A stretch of 64,000 nt of DNA from the human T2T-CHM13v2.0 reference genome, Homo sapiens. The notes beneath the pieces were generated by a model. The model did no database searches and was not told where the DNA came from. It saw nothing but the letters and a program-made list of their open reading frames with translations. Positions within the stretch are counted from its first letter, which is position 1. Every line of letters begins with the position of its first letter. Positions 13,580 to 27,580 of this stretch are shown here, in pieces. Both the position numbers and the translations under genes were made by a program. The DNA is taken from the NCBI RefSeq assembly GCF_009914755.1, contig NC_060945.1; one strand, given 5' to 3'.

Positions 13580-14620
13580 GGAAATGTTAGAATGTAAATA
13601 GGCACAGCCTTTTTGAAGGGCAATTTAGTGAAATGTAACAAAAGCTTTCAAAAAAGTGCCTACCCTTTTTACCCAGCAATTATATGTATAATGCTTTATA
13701 CTAAAAAGGCATTCTGATATAGTGTGTAGAAAGACACAGTGTGTGGGAGATGCTTATACAGCACTGTTTACAACAACAAAAAAAGGGAAAACAACCCAAA
13801 TGTCCAAAATATAGGATGCTATAAATCCACAGGAAGTATGTTTTAGAATCACTCACAATGCAGCCACCACAATGATAGTCTATGTTTCGTTGACCATATC
13901 GAGTACCTACTATGTGCAGGACATCAACTAGGGAAACATCAGTGAACAAAACGAACAAAAGAACTCTACCCCTAGGAGCTTGCCTTCTATTGCAGGAGAC
14001 AGAAAATAAACAAAGCCACATGCAATTTGCGTGGCGTGTTAGAAGGTAACGCATACTATGGAGGAAGTTTAATCGGGAAGGAGGAGGTGGCAGCAGAGGT
14101 GAAGGATGGGTGCCAGCACAAACTTAAAGGAGGTGGGAATGAAGGCGCTTGCTGAGAAGGGGCAATTCTGGGTGGATTTGATGGGAGAAAGGCAAATCTG
14201 GGGAAAGGACATCCAAGGCAGCAGAAGGAGTGAGTTAGGAGGCCTGGACATATGGAGCAAGTATCCATCATGTTAGAGAAACAGCATGAGGCCATCAGCA
14301 AGGTGCGTGAAGAGCAGGGAGTGAGACCCACAGTAAAAGACAATGAGCCCAAAGAAATCTGCAAACCACTCCTCATTCCTGACTTGGAGAGAAGTTGATG
14401 ATGAATTATCAAATAACAATATCAGTCAACAATATATGATCCAATTTTAGTTATAAAACATAAAACATAGTAAACCCTCCTATTTACAGTCTGTGCTATA
14501 TTCTCCCCCACTTCTGCCTCCCCCTTCCTTCTCTCCTTCCTGCCTTTCTTTGTTCAAAAATTTAGCTTATCTGAATGTTCACATTTTTCTACAGTGAACA
14601 TACTTGTGCAACAAACAAAT
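13580..14620. mobile_element. Old L1 (L1ME-like) 3' fragments flanking an L2 fragment (about 13880-14340, minus strand)
   Basis: L1M motifs (agcactgtttac...aacaacccaaatgtcca) and L2 motifs (gtacctactatgtgc...cagtgaacaaaac...aggagcttgccttcta). Confidence 0.6.
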
Positions 14621-16650
14621 AAGAAAGGCTCAGGTAAAATAAATTGACAGTATTTTATTGTCTTTGGTCAAGCTGTTTGAGCACAGAATTCACCAATGTT
14701 AAAATGTGTTTACTTTTCTGAATTAGCAATAAACACTATTTGCTTTGTAGAAAGGTTAAAACAGTGGAAGAGCTCAAATTGGGAAGTTACTTTAAAGGTG
14801 AGTGTTGTCTTAGAGAAAGAGTAGGTTGGTTTCCACAAGTTAGGCTATACCCAAAATACACTTTCTCTGCATTTCTATCGGTGAAATTTCCCCAGGGTGA
14901 ATCTGAAAAGTGCCATGTGTATGGAAACCACATGGAAATAGAGGGATAAAGGTAGAGAGCTCCTCCACCCCCACACATGTATCTACAGACATGTTCAAAC
15001 TCATCTGTAATCATAAGAGCATTGACCTTGACTTTACCGTAAAACTTTGATGATTGAGAATGCTTCAGGACTGGAGTGTTCCAGTTTAATTTGAATTATT
15101 TGGATAATTGACTCAACCAGGAATAAACAGACGTTCAAGTTAGGATTTCAAATTCAGTTGTTAAAAATCTTTCTAAAAAGTGAGCTCCCTTCTCTATGTT
15201 GGTAAGTGTGCTGTGCTGGACACAGTTCAGTCTTTGATGATGTGGGTGCCCTGGGATGTAACTGGGTCATTATTCTAGTCTTAAACTCATTTATTTCTCC
15301 TTTAAAGTCCTAGAAGAGTAGTGTAAGTAGCATATCTGCCTTCTGAAGTAACACATATGCTTGGCATTAAAAATTATAAAATCATTAAATTGTTTATTAC
15401 AGTTTTTCATATCCTCTTAGAAGCAGGGGACAGGAAAACCAGCTAACTAATTTGTTTTTTTTAATTATCCCAATTTTGTAGCTAGAAAACCTGATATAGA
15501 GAGAAGTAAAATAACTCATCTAATAGAGCTCAGTGTCTGTCAAAGCTCATCCCATAGAACCACATGACTCCAGGTTAACTCCAATCTCTCAGGCTCCTAG
15601 AAAGGAAATATGATTATGCCCAAGGGCATGAGGACTTAGGTTCTGAAGATCTTTAAGGCAACCCAGAAGAACAATGTCAATACAGGAAGACCAGAAATCA
15701 GTGACCTGGACTGTGCTTCAATTTTTATATGGCTTAGAGAAGTGAATGTTACTTCCCTTGTCCCATCTGAAACACAAATTTATTCCTTCTCCTCCATCGT
15801 TTAAATATCACATCTGAGTGACATCTAGAATGGATGTTTTTGCCAGTACAAGTTACTAAGAAAAGAAGAAAGCTCTTTCCCATGTGACATCTCCCCTCTG
15901 ACCTACATAACAGTATTTTGGTGTTTTATTTCTTGTACAGTGGGTCCTCACAGCATTCATAGAAATGGCTACAATGTGCCTACATGGAATAATAGATTCT
16001 GTATTATTTTTCCAAAGATAACTATTTTCAATAGTTTTAATAGTTTCTGGTAGTTCTCAGTACACTTTAAGGATTATAGAAATATTATTCAAATATCATA
16101 TATTGAATGGCCCTTCCATGAAAACATAGGGGATACAATAATGTGTAGTCTGACCCTCGTTGGCAAAGAAGTTTGCATCTGGCAGAGAGAAGAAGTGTGC
16201 AGGAAGGCACCGGCCTACAGGGTGGCTGCAGAAGAAACCCCACAGACAGTGCCCATGGTGAGAAGATAAAAGCTCAAGCCTGAGAACATGACTTTGCATT
16301 TTGGTGGCATTTTCAAATATACTTTTAATTGACATCTCAAATTCAATGACCTGGACATCTAACTCAAGAAGCCACCTAGTTTATTGTTTTGATTTCTCTG
16401 ACATGACAGCATATAAATTACCCTTCCTTCCTTTTAAAACAATGCCAGGGTGTGAGAACCTCTGTTTTCAGCAAGTCCCTCTTGCACATATCTTAAGCCC
16501 ATTTTTTTTCCTCTCTCTTTATTAGAAACAATTGTCCCTTCCTCTCCATGCTGTCTGCGATTTGTTCTCAGGGGCTAAGAGCTTCAGTGTTCCTACTCAG
16601 TGTTTTCTCTTTCTTTGCCAACTCAGTGAGACCCCTCTTGCCTTTTCTCA

Positions 16651-17004
16651 TGATATGATTTGGCTGTATCCCCACCCAAATCCCACCTTGAATTGTAATA
16701 ATCCCCATGTGTCAAGGGTGGGGCCAGGTGGAGATAACTGAATCATGGGGGTAGTTTCTCCCTACTGTCTCATGGTAGTGAATAAGTCTCATGAGATCTG
16801 ATGGTTTTATAAAGAGGCATTCCCCCGCACAAGCTCTCTTGCCTGTCACCATGTAAGATGTGCCTTTGCTCTTCTTTCATCTTCCACCATGATTGTGAGG
16901 CCTCCCCAGCCATATGCAACTGTGAGTCCACTAAACCTCTTTCCTTTATAAATCACCCAGTCTCAGGTATGTCTTTGTTAGCAGCATGAGAATGGACTAA
17001 TATG
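16651..17004 (+). mobile_element. THE1B/C-like solo LTR
   Basis: tgatatgatttggctgtatccccacccaaat...gtatgtctttgttagcagcatgagaatggactaata. Confidence 0.9.
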
Positions 17005-18973
17005 TAATGCAATTGGCCATCTTATGGAATCTTAGGGTGCTTTAAGGGGACAGAGTGATTGGATCTGTTTTGTGGTTGGAATATGAAGCACAGATGACTC
17101 AATCAGATTACCGGTGTCTGAAATGACATGGGAAGAAGCCAGGACAGACACACAGGGCTCCTCACTCTATTTATCACTCTCCATGTATAAGTCTTGCCTT
17201 ATTTTAGCAATATCAATAGTTCCTCTGGAAATTAAAAACAAAACAAAACAAAACAAAAAAAAACGAAGAAGCAACTTGAGTCCAGATTCTTTACCTGAAG
17301 AAAGAAATGAACTGCAACAATACTTGTACATTGCAAGGGCTCAAGTAGTCAAATGAGGTTATGATTTTTCACCAGGACACCCAGGGTCTGTCTTTAGTGC
17401 TAACAGCCTCCTGACACCTATTTTGTAATAAAAGGACAATTTACTTTATATTGGTAGAGAGTAACCAAAAAACATCCAGATATTGTTGAGTAACTGATCA
17501 TTTTAAGAAAACCTTATTAATGCAATGAAAATATTGTGGGTTTATTTGAAAATGGCTGGTGGGGTTTAATTAAATTCTCCTATCCCACAACAGTTTTTTG
17601 TGTTGCTGAAACCACAATGTGATCCTTTCTATTAGCTGCTCTAAAGTCCAGGTTTCACACTTTTTGTGGGTGGGCTATTGTGAATGACTTTGGTATTGTT
17701 TGGGTGATTTATAACCCAAGGATTTTCAGGTGAAATATACCTTCTGATGCTGGATCCCATGTTCTAGCTATTATCCCAGTGGCCAAGATAACCACTTTGT
17801 ACTTCCCATGAGAGCTGAATCTCACAAAAGACTCAGCCTTGCTAACTTAAAATAAACTCCACTTATGCACACGACAGGAATAGAGAAGACTATCTCAGTG
17901 GTGCAAGCCAAATAAACAATTTCCCTGAAAAATAAAATTCATTGACAGCAAAGTATTTTTGTTCATTTTTTTTTGGTATCACTTTGGGGTCTTGAAAAAA
18001 AATTATCTTCACTTACTTAGAAGTTCTATACTGACCCACACTTATCACTATACTGAAGTAGTGGGCTGTGCCATAAAGGTTAAGTTCCACATAAACCCCA
18101 TTTTATTTTTTTACTATAGACTCCTTGTTTTCATGGGGTCTCCATTCATGCTGTTTGGGAGCCAGGCTAAATTCCCAGTGACTTCTATCAAAGCATAAGT
18201 GAGTTTTACTTCATGGGCAGAGAGAAGGTTTGTAGTTTGACAGATATGGCTGAATGACTAGGAGATGAACATCAAGCAACATTGTTTTTGCACAGGAGAA
18301 AAAAAGGAGTCTTGTCTACTCTCTGCTCCAGATCACAAAATAAAATGGTCTCATCATATTCAGGATGAACAAGTTTCCCATTCACAGCAAATCCCCAAAA
18401 ACATGCTCTTAAACTCTGCCAGCCAAAACCTTGCACATGAAAGTGACAAGACACCACAGCCCCTATCTGGCTGCTGCAGCAGCTCACCTAGCTCTCTGCC
18501 CAGCACCGCTATTTATTCACTGGAACAACCTCAACACTCTGCGCCTGGACTGCAGCCACGTGCGCTCCCTCTGGCCCATGCAGTGTGGTGTGAGAGCTTT
18601 CTTTGGGTGGAATCCATCATCAGCCTGCTCTCTTGGCTCATGAGTGATTATCTGCTCTCAGCACCACTGATGACACTAAAGCAGGTCCATTTTTCTATTA
18701 CTCATTTACTGCTTCACACATGCTTAGGGCTTCTTGCCTTCTGATCAGTGTCCTAGCTGTGTGTCCTAATCCCAGTATTTAACTCTGTCTTGCTCATGAC
18801 TGCCAGATTAAAATTCCTGTATTTCCTCCCACTTGCCCCCAATCAAAGCAGTCACTTTTCCAAGAGCTATGAGCTCATGTACCATGCCGATGCGTGGCGC
18901 TCTGATTTCCATGGTGTGGTAGACCATACCCCTGCCTGATCAATCCTCATTGCCAATACACCCTATATATATG

Positions 18974-19009
18974 TAATGGCAAAACCGCAATTACTTTTGC
19001 ACCAACCTA
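18974..19009. mobile_element. Half MADE1 / solo Hsmar1 terminal inverted repeat
   Basis: taatggcaaaaccgcaattacttttgcaccaaccta matches the right half of MADE1. Confidence 0.9.
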
Positions 19010-19961
19010 TAGGTGGGTTCCTCATAGGAAAGCCCTCTTTCTCCTGGGAAAACCTTACTAAGCACCAAAACGCTACTGTTCTTCCAAGACTCCTTCACAT
19101 TTCCCCACATCCCTGGATGTTTTCTGCAGATACCAGCCCTTATTAATGTTCTCCTCCCTCACTTAAACTCTAGCACCATTCTCTTGTGTAATGCTATGCT
19201 TCTTTGTGTACATTATTGTTTCATCAATACTCTCATTTTCTAAGTTTAAGGCCTCTGGGAACTGAAGTCAGGGCATTTTTTTCTCTATGTCCCCTTGTCT
19301 TCTTTAGGTAGTAGGTACTTAGCAGAGATTTGTCAACTGACTAACCCAAGAAGCTAAGACAATTCTGGACATAGCTATGAAGCGCCAATTTCTGGCAATA
19401 TGAAGGTGGTCAGGAGATGTTTAGAATGAAAGTAAATGTTATATAGTTATAACTCTTCCTCACTTGACTGCATGAAGGTCTGCTGTGATAAGCCCTCTAT
19501 TCAATTTTCTTAATATGGCTTTTCTCAAGAGTACAACATTCTTATTCACTGATAGCATCTTTTATTTAAAGGATAATAAATGAGACTATTAATTTTGAAA
19601 AGAACAAATAAACTTCAGGATGGATTAACTATAATTCCAAAATACTAAGCAGTTTATTTAAATAACCTGCATAACAGAGAAGCCCTTGCTTTGTGCTCAT
19701 AATCTTTGCAACTTAGTGTGATCATGAGTATTTTTTCTGATGGACCAAAAGCTTTTTGTTTTTGCTGTTTTTCCCCCCTAGACACTGAGTCCAGGTTAAA
19801 TCTGCCTCTGCAGTGGGCATTCTGGCATTCCATTTCTAGTTGTGACCCTACCTGGCTCTTGCATGAGCCTGGACTTGGAGGTCTCTATCGTGGGAAGAAG
19901 GCTGTGAGAAGGGGCATTGTGTCTGGGTTCCTCCTTAAAGCAGATCTGAGGAAAACCTAAG

Positions 19962-20139
19962 CCAGTAGCTCCCACCCTTTAGAGTGCATCAGAATCCCTG
20001 GAGGGGATGGGCAGATGATTGGCCCTGTCCTCAGGGTTCCTGATCCAGTAGATCGGGGGGTGAGCTTGAGAATTTGCATTTGTAGCCAGCTCCCTGGTGA
20101 TGCTGCTGCTGGTTCAGGGACACACTATGGGAACCACTG
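19962..20139. mobile_element. MER5A DNA transposon
   Basis: tgcatcagaatccctggaggg...gagaatttgcatttgtagccagctccctggtgatgctgctgctggttcagggacacactatgggaaccactg. Confidence 0.85.
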
Positions 20140-21129
20140 ACCTCAGCTGACTTTCATCAGCTCTGATGCCTCCTTTTGTCCACAGAGACCCCCAACAGTG
20201 GCCAGTCAAGGAGACATGTGGAGTGTGGGCTTGGGCCCAACACTCCTTGAGTGCTGATTAAAAAAGAGGGCCACCTAATGCGGCCTCTCTTCCAATGACA
20301 ACACATAATGTCATAGGTTCTTTATTTGCCGTCCTCTTTCTGCCCTCTCTTTATATGCTTTACTACTGTGGGCCCAGCCACCCCAGGAGGGCTAATGAAA
20401 ATTTAAGAGGGTGAATATGTTTAGGGTATTGACTGGTGAGACCTTGGGAGACAGCTGAAGAGGAAGGAATCTACCCCATTCGTTGCCATTATTGAAACTA
20501 GATTTCTTGAGAGGAGGAATTATATGTTAGTAGCACTATATTTTGCACGTTAGAGATGTCTAAAAATCTGAAGTGTGCTCTGCCTAACTCGTCATGGAGT
20601 CTTGGCTCTGAAAATGTTGTAAGGTGATGCAAAAACCTCCGAAGAGAGATTTCATTCCTTGTCTTTTGACTGAAGGTAGTGTGTTGACAACAAAAAGCAA
20701 GGGTAAAGCTTTTCCATGAGCAGTGAGTCCTGTACCCTTCCTCTTAGTCATGTGATGCTGCTTAGTCATATGATTACTGCATTCCAGACCTGCTCTCATA
20801 GACACAAGGTTCGTGTAGGGACTGAGATATCATTTTTGGTTAAATGTGATTCATTTTTTTTATAGAGAAATGATGGCTCCCTCAGTCATAAAGCAATGGC
20901 CCCATAGAGTGGTGAGGTCCAGTCTGATTTGTTGACTGAGCCTGAAGGGCATCGCTTCTCTCATAGCCATTAGAAGTGCTCTGTGTTGCAGAGACTTTGA
21001 AATACATACACTCCAACCCCAGTTCCTAGCTCTCTCAGCTTCTTTATGCTTCTAGTGACAAAGAATTCAGAGCTGTGTAAATGCAGAGAAGACAGATCAC
21101 ATTACCTCTGCCCCGCTCTGACTACTGAA

Positions 21130-21420
21130 AATGCTTTCTTATATTGAACCAAAATATGTCACTTTGTAGCTTCCACTGCTGGGTCCCACTTTTATCCCTT
21201 AGAGCCCAGCAGAACAATTATAATCCTTCCTTCATCTTCAAATATCAAGATACCTGAAAACAACTATCATGCCTCCTCCCCCACATATTCTCCAGGGAAA
21301 ACACTCCTAATTCTTTCATCTACTCTAATATTACATGGTTTGGACTCAGGTACTGTCCTGCCTATTCCCTTCTGCACATAGATTGTTGGATTATATCCCT
21401 TTTAAATTGAAATGATTGAA
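21130..21420 (-). mobile_element. L3/CR1 LINE fragment
   Basis: tcttatattgaaccaaaat...ctgaaaacaactatcatg...ttctccagggaaaacactcc resembles the reverse complement of the CR1 RT C-terminal region. Confidence 0.65.
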
Positions 21421-22369
21421 TGTGGCAGTGAAATAAATCCTGTCCTCAAAAACATTCTCTTCATTAAACAGAAGTTCCACTATGAGACATTATTTACTTT
21501 GGAATGGCAAGATATTTGAAGAGGTCAAGAGTTTTCTAATCCAGTATTACTGCCCCATGGAAGGATTAACATGCATTACTGGTATTTACTGTTTCATTTT
21601 GATAATGTTTTCCCCTGCATGAATGTATGTGGCTGTGATATCTGAGTTAGGGAAATGGAAACGATGTAAGAGAACCGGAAGTATTATGGATCACCACTCT
21701 GTTTCTTCTGGTTCTTCCTCTCATAGTCTTCTCAGATATTTCTCCCTGACATTTCTCTTTTCTAGGTTGTAAGTTTGGCATTAAAGCTGTTCTTTTGCTT
21801 CTAGTGAAAAGGTATGGAACTTAGTTTCCAAGTTTTCTCCTTGAGGGAAGCAGAGGTTCTCAAACACTGCTTACAAATTACATGGTCTATTTTCAGGAAA
21901 ACAATGACTATTAGTAGACTAATTCAACCTAAACTTACAGCATGTATCTAGCCTATGGACATTTAGGGGATTTAAAACAAAATGCAAATTGCTAGTCAAC
22001 AGCAAGTGCCAGATATTAGAAGACAGCATCTAATTCTTCAGCATTCTTAGACACAATGTGGGTGTAATTGTCAAGATTAGAACATTGCTTTTGAGCATGG
22101 GTTGTGAAGTTGGCTTTTCTCCTTTGTGTCTACTTTAACAGATCAGCTAACAGAAATCAAACAATATGTATTTGCATCTCTTTTGTTAAGAATCATCTAC
22201 ACCTACTCCAAAAGTCAACATATCCCAACTAATTTATTTTAAAAAAATACACCACTAAAGAATGATTCAAGGGCACCAGGAAATATTGTCTCTACCAGGA
22301 ATCTTTTCACCACTGGGACAAATCATTTCCTCTGCCTTACTCTATCCTGATTCACATTAGCTGTATTTC

Positions 22370-22770
22370 TTTGCTGCCAGACATTTATATCGGGCATGCA
22401 TACCAAAGACTCCAGTGTGTTCACCCTACCAGTTTCCCTCCTCCTGGATATAGAGCTGAACTACAATTTGCAGCTGCTCTTGCAGTTAGGTATGACCATA
22501 GAATATGAATAGGAGTGATATACATTACTTCTAGGCCCGGATCATTAAAATCTTCTACATAATCATCTACTCTCCCTCTTTCCTTGTCTGCTAGTTGGAT
22601 ATCACCACTCAGCAGATCTTAGAAGCCATGTACTAAAGATGACAAAGTGTCCCTCAGCCTGGGTCCTTGTACGGCATCAACCAATTAGATTTATGTGAAA
22701 GAAATCTTCTATTTTGTTAAATTAGTGAGATTTAGATATTTTCTGTTTCAAGAACTTTCTAATTAATACA
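22370..22770 (+). mobile_element. MLT1J-like MaLR LTR
   Basis: actacaatttgcagctgctcttgcagttagg...aagatgacaaag...cagcctgggtcc...taataca end. Confidence 0.65.
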
Positions 22771-22826
22771 GTATACACAGGCTCATCAAGAACTGAAGTT
22801 AATGCCACATTGCAATAAATGAATAA

Positions 22827-23181
<355 letters not shown>

Positions 23182-23321
23182 TGTGCTAAGAACTTTACTT
23201 ACATTATCACATGAATCCTCATAACATCTCTGAGGTATATGTTGTTATTATTACTCTTATTGTTATTATTTTATGATAGGGAAAGCAAGGCATAAAGTTG
23301 ATTAAGGTCACATAGTTAGCA

Positions 23322-23753
23322 TAGTGGATTATATTATTGCCTCCAATTATTCTCTTCCCTCTCTGAAAGATTAGATGTCTCTACCTGTTGCTGCACGGCT
23401 TGCAGTGCTTCACTGTGGGAGAAATATACATCTCCTTCCCATTGATCATTGACACTGATGTGACATGTGAATTGTCCGGTCAATGGAATGTGAGTGGATA
23501 ACTTGTGCCATGTCTGAGCAGAAATGTTAAGGGCCATTGCTTAACTTGGGAGTCTCCTTTTCCTCTGATACTGGGATAGAGTGTTCCAGACCAATTCTTG
23601 ATCTTGAATTCCAGAATGAAGTCACAGGAGCAGAGCCACAGCTGACCAGCAGAGGCATAGCGCTCCAGAGAATAATACGCCTTTGTTTTGTAAGCCACTG
23701 AGATGCTGGGGTTGCTGTTACTGCCCCAAACTTGGCAAAAATGGACAGATACA
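23322..23753 (+). mobile_element. MLT1I-like MaLR LTR
   Basis: ggtcaatggaatgtgagtgga...gtaagccactgagatgctggggttgctgttactgc...gataca. Confidence 0.7.
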
Positions 23754-26700
23754 CCTAGACCTTGATGCAGATTCAGTTAGTAAGAAACACCGGAGCCTGT
23801 GCTCTTAATCACGGAGCAACACCGCCTACCAAGCACATTGTCAAACTTGCACAAGTTCCTGCTAGATGATACAAGAGAAATTTAAAGCATCATGAAAAAA
23901 ATCAATTCTTATCCTGGATAAGAAAAAAGTAGATGTCTGTAAGTTTAAAGAGGAAACTGCCACAGGATTTAAACTTAATTTATAGATATGTCTCTCACAT
24001 TGCATATAATACCTTCAGATTTAGTCCCACAGAACAGTTGTTGGCAAGGACATGGATCTTTTTAGCCACAGATGCACTTTCTGGTTCCTTTTGTAAGGAT
24101 TTCATGTCGGAAACCACATCTCTGTGACTGGGAATAAGACCGGTGATACATGTTAGCCAAAATCTATTCACTAAAAGAATCACCAGTACTGTATGATTCC
24201 TGGTCCTAAGCACAGCCATACAGAAAAAATGAGAAGCATGAGACTCAAGGAGATAATGGGTTTAATCTGACTTGGATACATTTGTATAGACATAAATTAG
24301 TCACTTGGTTAAAATTTAGGGTTAACTTTACACATTGTAATTGGGAAAATTGATTGATGGCCTTACTGCATTCCATATAAAATCAGATCTGAATGACCAT
24401 TTGAACATTGCACACTGCACAAAATCATTCTCTGAGGTTTTGTTTAAACAATGATTCAATTTAGTAACAAATAAATAAATGAATATTTACAACTGATTAG
24501 CAGGTATGATTAGATCAAAGCTATAGTTTAGAGAGGATACAGACTCTTCTTTTAATGATGAGACCGCTCTTTGAGGAAAATAATTTCACTATTATTTAAT
24601 GTTATTAAAATGATAGCAAGTATATGTATATTCTAGTACTTTGCCAGAGGAAATTCAGAATACCATTAGAGCACTAACTGCAATTGTGATTATCTCTTCT
24701 TTTTATTGGAGCCTAATTATTTCTAGAAATAATTATTTAAAATGCACTTCAAAATGTATTTTTATCCTAAACAGCTACATTTTATTCTTCTATCTCTCCA
24801 AATACTTTCACTAAAATTAAAAAGAAAACTCTAACTCAACAAAAGTGTTTTGATGATTTTTCAACTTAACTGCCAATTTCCCCCTTACTGGTATTACCAA
24901 AGTTAATAATTTTGTAAAACTCCAGAGTGAATCAATTATCTTTTGGTACTTAAATGCCAATTATTGAAGATAAAATGAAGAAACAAGAAATGCCATCTCA
25001 ATAAGCTATAAATCCAAATTCACTGAATTTAAACATCTTAATTCCACCAAACTTAAAGTTCTAATACAATGAACTTAGAAAAACCAACCTCACTTTGAAA
25101 AGTATTGTCAGTTTAAAGCTGGTAGCAATAAGTAACTGCCTTTTCCCCTCACTTTCTTCTTTCCTCCTACTCTGCCTATTTCTGGTCCATTTCCATTTCC
25201 ATATTACTTACATATCATTTGATAAAGGAAGAACTGGTGAAAAAGAGAAGAGCTTCACCTTATCTGCCTGCCTTTCCATAAAGAGCATTTATCTTGTTTT
25301 CATTAAGGTTTACATGGTCAACATTAAACCCTTGAGAACAGCAACATTTTCTACCTGTGAAAATCAGTGAATGGGGTTAAGATTCCATAAGGGTATTTTA
25401 TTTTTAATCTCCAATGAATTTTTTCTATAACTTCTTAAATAACTATTCTAATTTTTTTCCCTATAAAGTAGAGGTAGACTGAGATGATAGGGAGGAATAT
25501 GAGACTGAATTAAAAGCCCTTCTATATTCTCAAGGAAAATAGTTCATGTAAGTCCTATGTATTAAATAAAGACCTGTCTCACACAAAGGAAAACATACTA
25601 ATGTTTAGGCAATATCTAGATGAGGTAACTATTGTTTAGGCAATACCTAGAAGAGGTATCAAAATGATTTTTTAAAATAGCAAAATGGAACCAAGTGAAT
25701 GGGGGCGAATTTTCACAAGTTGCTCTCCTTAACAAATCTTACTTGAAATGAGTAAACCAATTATTTTGGAGTATGCTATTGACTGAAAAGGGCATAGTGA
25801 CACTTTGTTAATCAATTAGCCACCTAGGAAGAAAGCAAGTCATAGTTCGGTGAATAAGCACTGAATATGTGAGCATGGAAACTACCAGAAGTAAAGATTA
25901 TTGACTGAACAATTTCATATACCTAGATTATTGACACTACCCCCCTTTTTAATTTATTAGAGAAATTGAACTTTAGAACTCAGAAATACATTACTTTGTT
26001 TATCTAACAGTCTATATTCTCGTATAGCTTCATCCTCATAATGAATGTCTACTTCCCTTCTGCTGATAATGTCAGATGGAACAAGGCCAAGGAACAGCTG
26101 CGTTGTTTAATACTCCACGTGTCACTTCTTCTGTCTACTTTAGGTAGCAACCTTTTCATAAACTAAATTATGGATAAACTTGTCAATACCTATCAGGAAC
26201 TGAAATGTAAGAAATAGTGTAATAACTCATCCTTTTGCTTAGGTTTGAAATAGATTGCTCTGTCTTCACTAGCAATCATTTGAAAAGACTGGAAGGTAGA
26301 AACACACTGCTTTAACCACATCCTGAGTGCTCAGCATGCAATATCTTTAGAAACAACATGTCACACTTGGAAAGCCCAGCAAGGAAAACCAGGATCATAT
26401 CTTGTTTACCATTAAAAATAACAAACCAGAACCAGCTCAAGACCTCATGCACAAGTGCATCCACAAAACAGGAAAGCAGCCAGGGATATTGTTGAAGCTT
26501 TATCAACATTTCCAACCAGTTGCCAAACCTTGACTGGGCTCTGCAATTCAAAGTATACCTTGTAACACCTGGATGGCACTCTGACAGGCATTCTATTTCA
26601 AATATGACTGTCACCTTCCTGTATTATTTTTCCTCTTCATATCAGTGACAGTTGTGGTGGTGGAGGACCTACTACCAAGGATGAGAGCAGGGCAAAGACC

Positions 26701-27051
26701 AGCTTCTCGTAAAGTGAGAGCAGAAGGGCTTGATGGACTTACCTGTTTTCCCTGTATGAATGTTGAAATGGAACTTGAATGGTAATAAATCCTCCCCTCC
26801 TGCAGTTTCTTCCTTGTTTGTATTAAGAGAAGTGACTCCTCTCGGTTTCCTACGACTGCAACCTAGGAAATGTAGCCACCTTGCTCACACGCAGGCTTGA
26901 AGATGTGATCACTGGCTCTCATCTTGCTAACAAACTCTCTCTCCTTTTCGGAAGCTCACCAGTGTTGTTTTGATTCCTTCCAGTTCTAGACCGAGAGGAA
27001 ACTATATCTCCACCCTCTTCAGTCCTAGGACCCTTAGAAAGAATTTGGCTG

Positions 27052-27352
<301 letters not shown>

Positions 27353-27520
27353 AAACTTGGTTGGCTGGCCTCTCGCTGACCAGGGTGCTTCCACAGCTCC
27401 CTTCTGCCATCTATGCCCAACAAAAAGTTAAAGAGAAGAGCGTGAGAGGGCAAGGGATGCATGCTTTTGAAAGCCAAAGGGACTCAGCTGAAACTAGCAA
27501 CCCTCGTCAGAGGCGGATCG

Positions 27521-27522
<2 letters not shown>

Positions 27523-27565
<43 letters not shown>

Positions 27566-27580
27566 TGTGCGCGCGCGCGT
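27523..27580. repeat. (GT)21-CT-GT-(GC)5-GT compound microsatellite
   Basis: Directly visible. Confidence 0.97.

Noticed and set aside
18265-18744. 159-aa plus-strand ORF
   Set aside because: Antisense to KCNJ6, no recognisable homology or exon structure; compatible with chance.
18974-19009. miR-548-like hairpin from MADE1
   Set aside because: Only one arm of MADE1 is present, so no hairpin can form.
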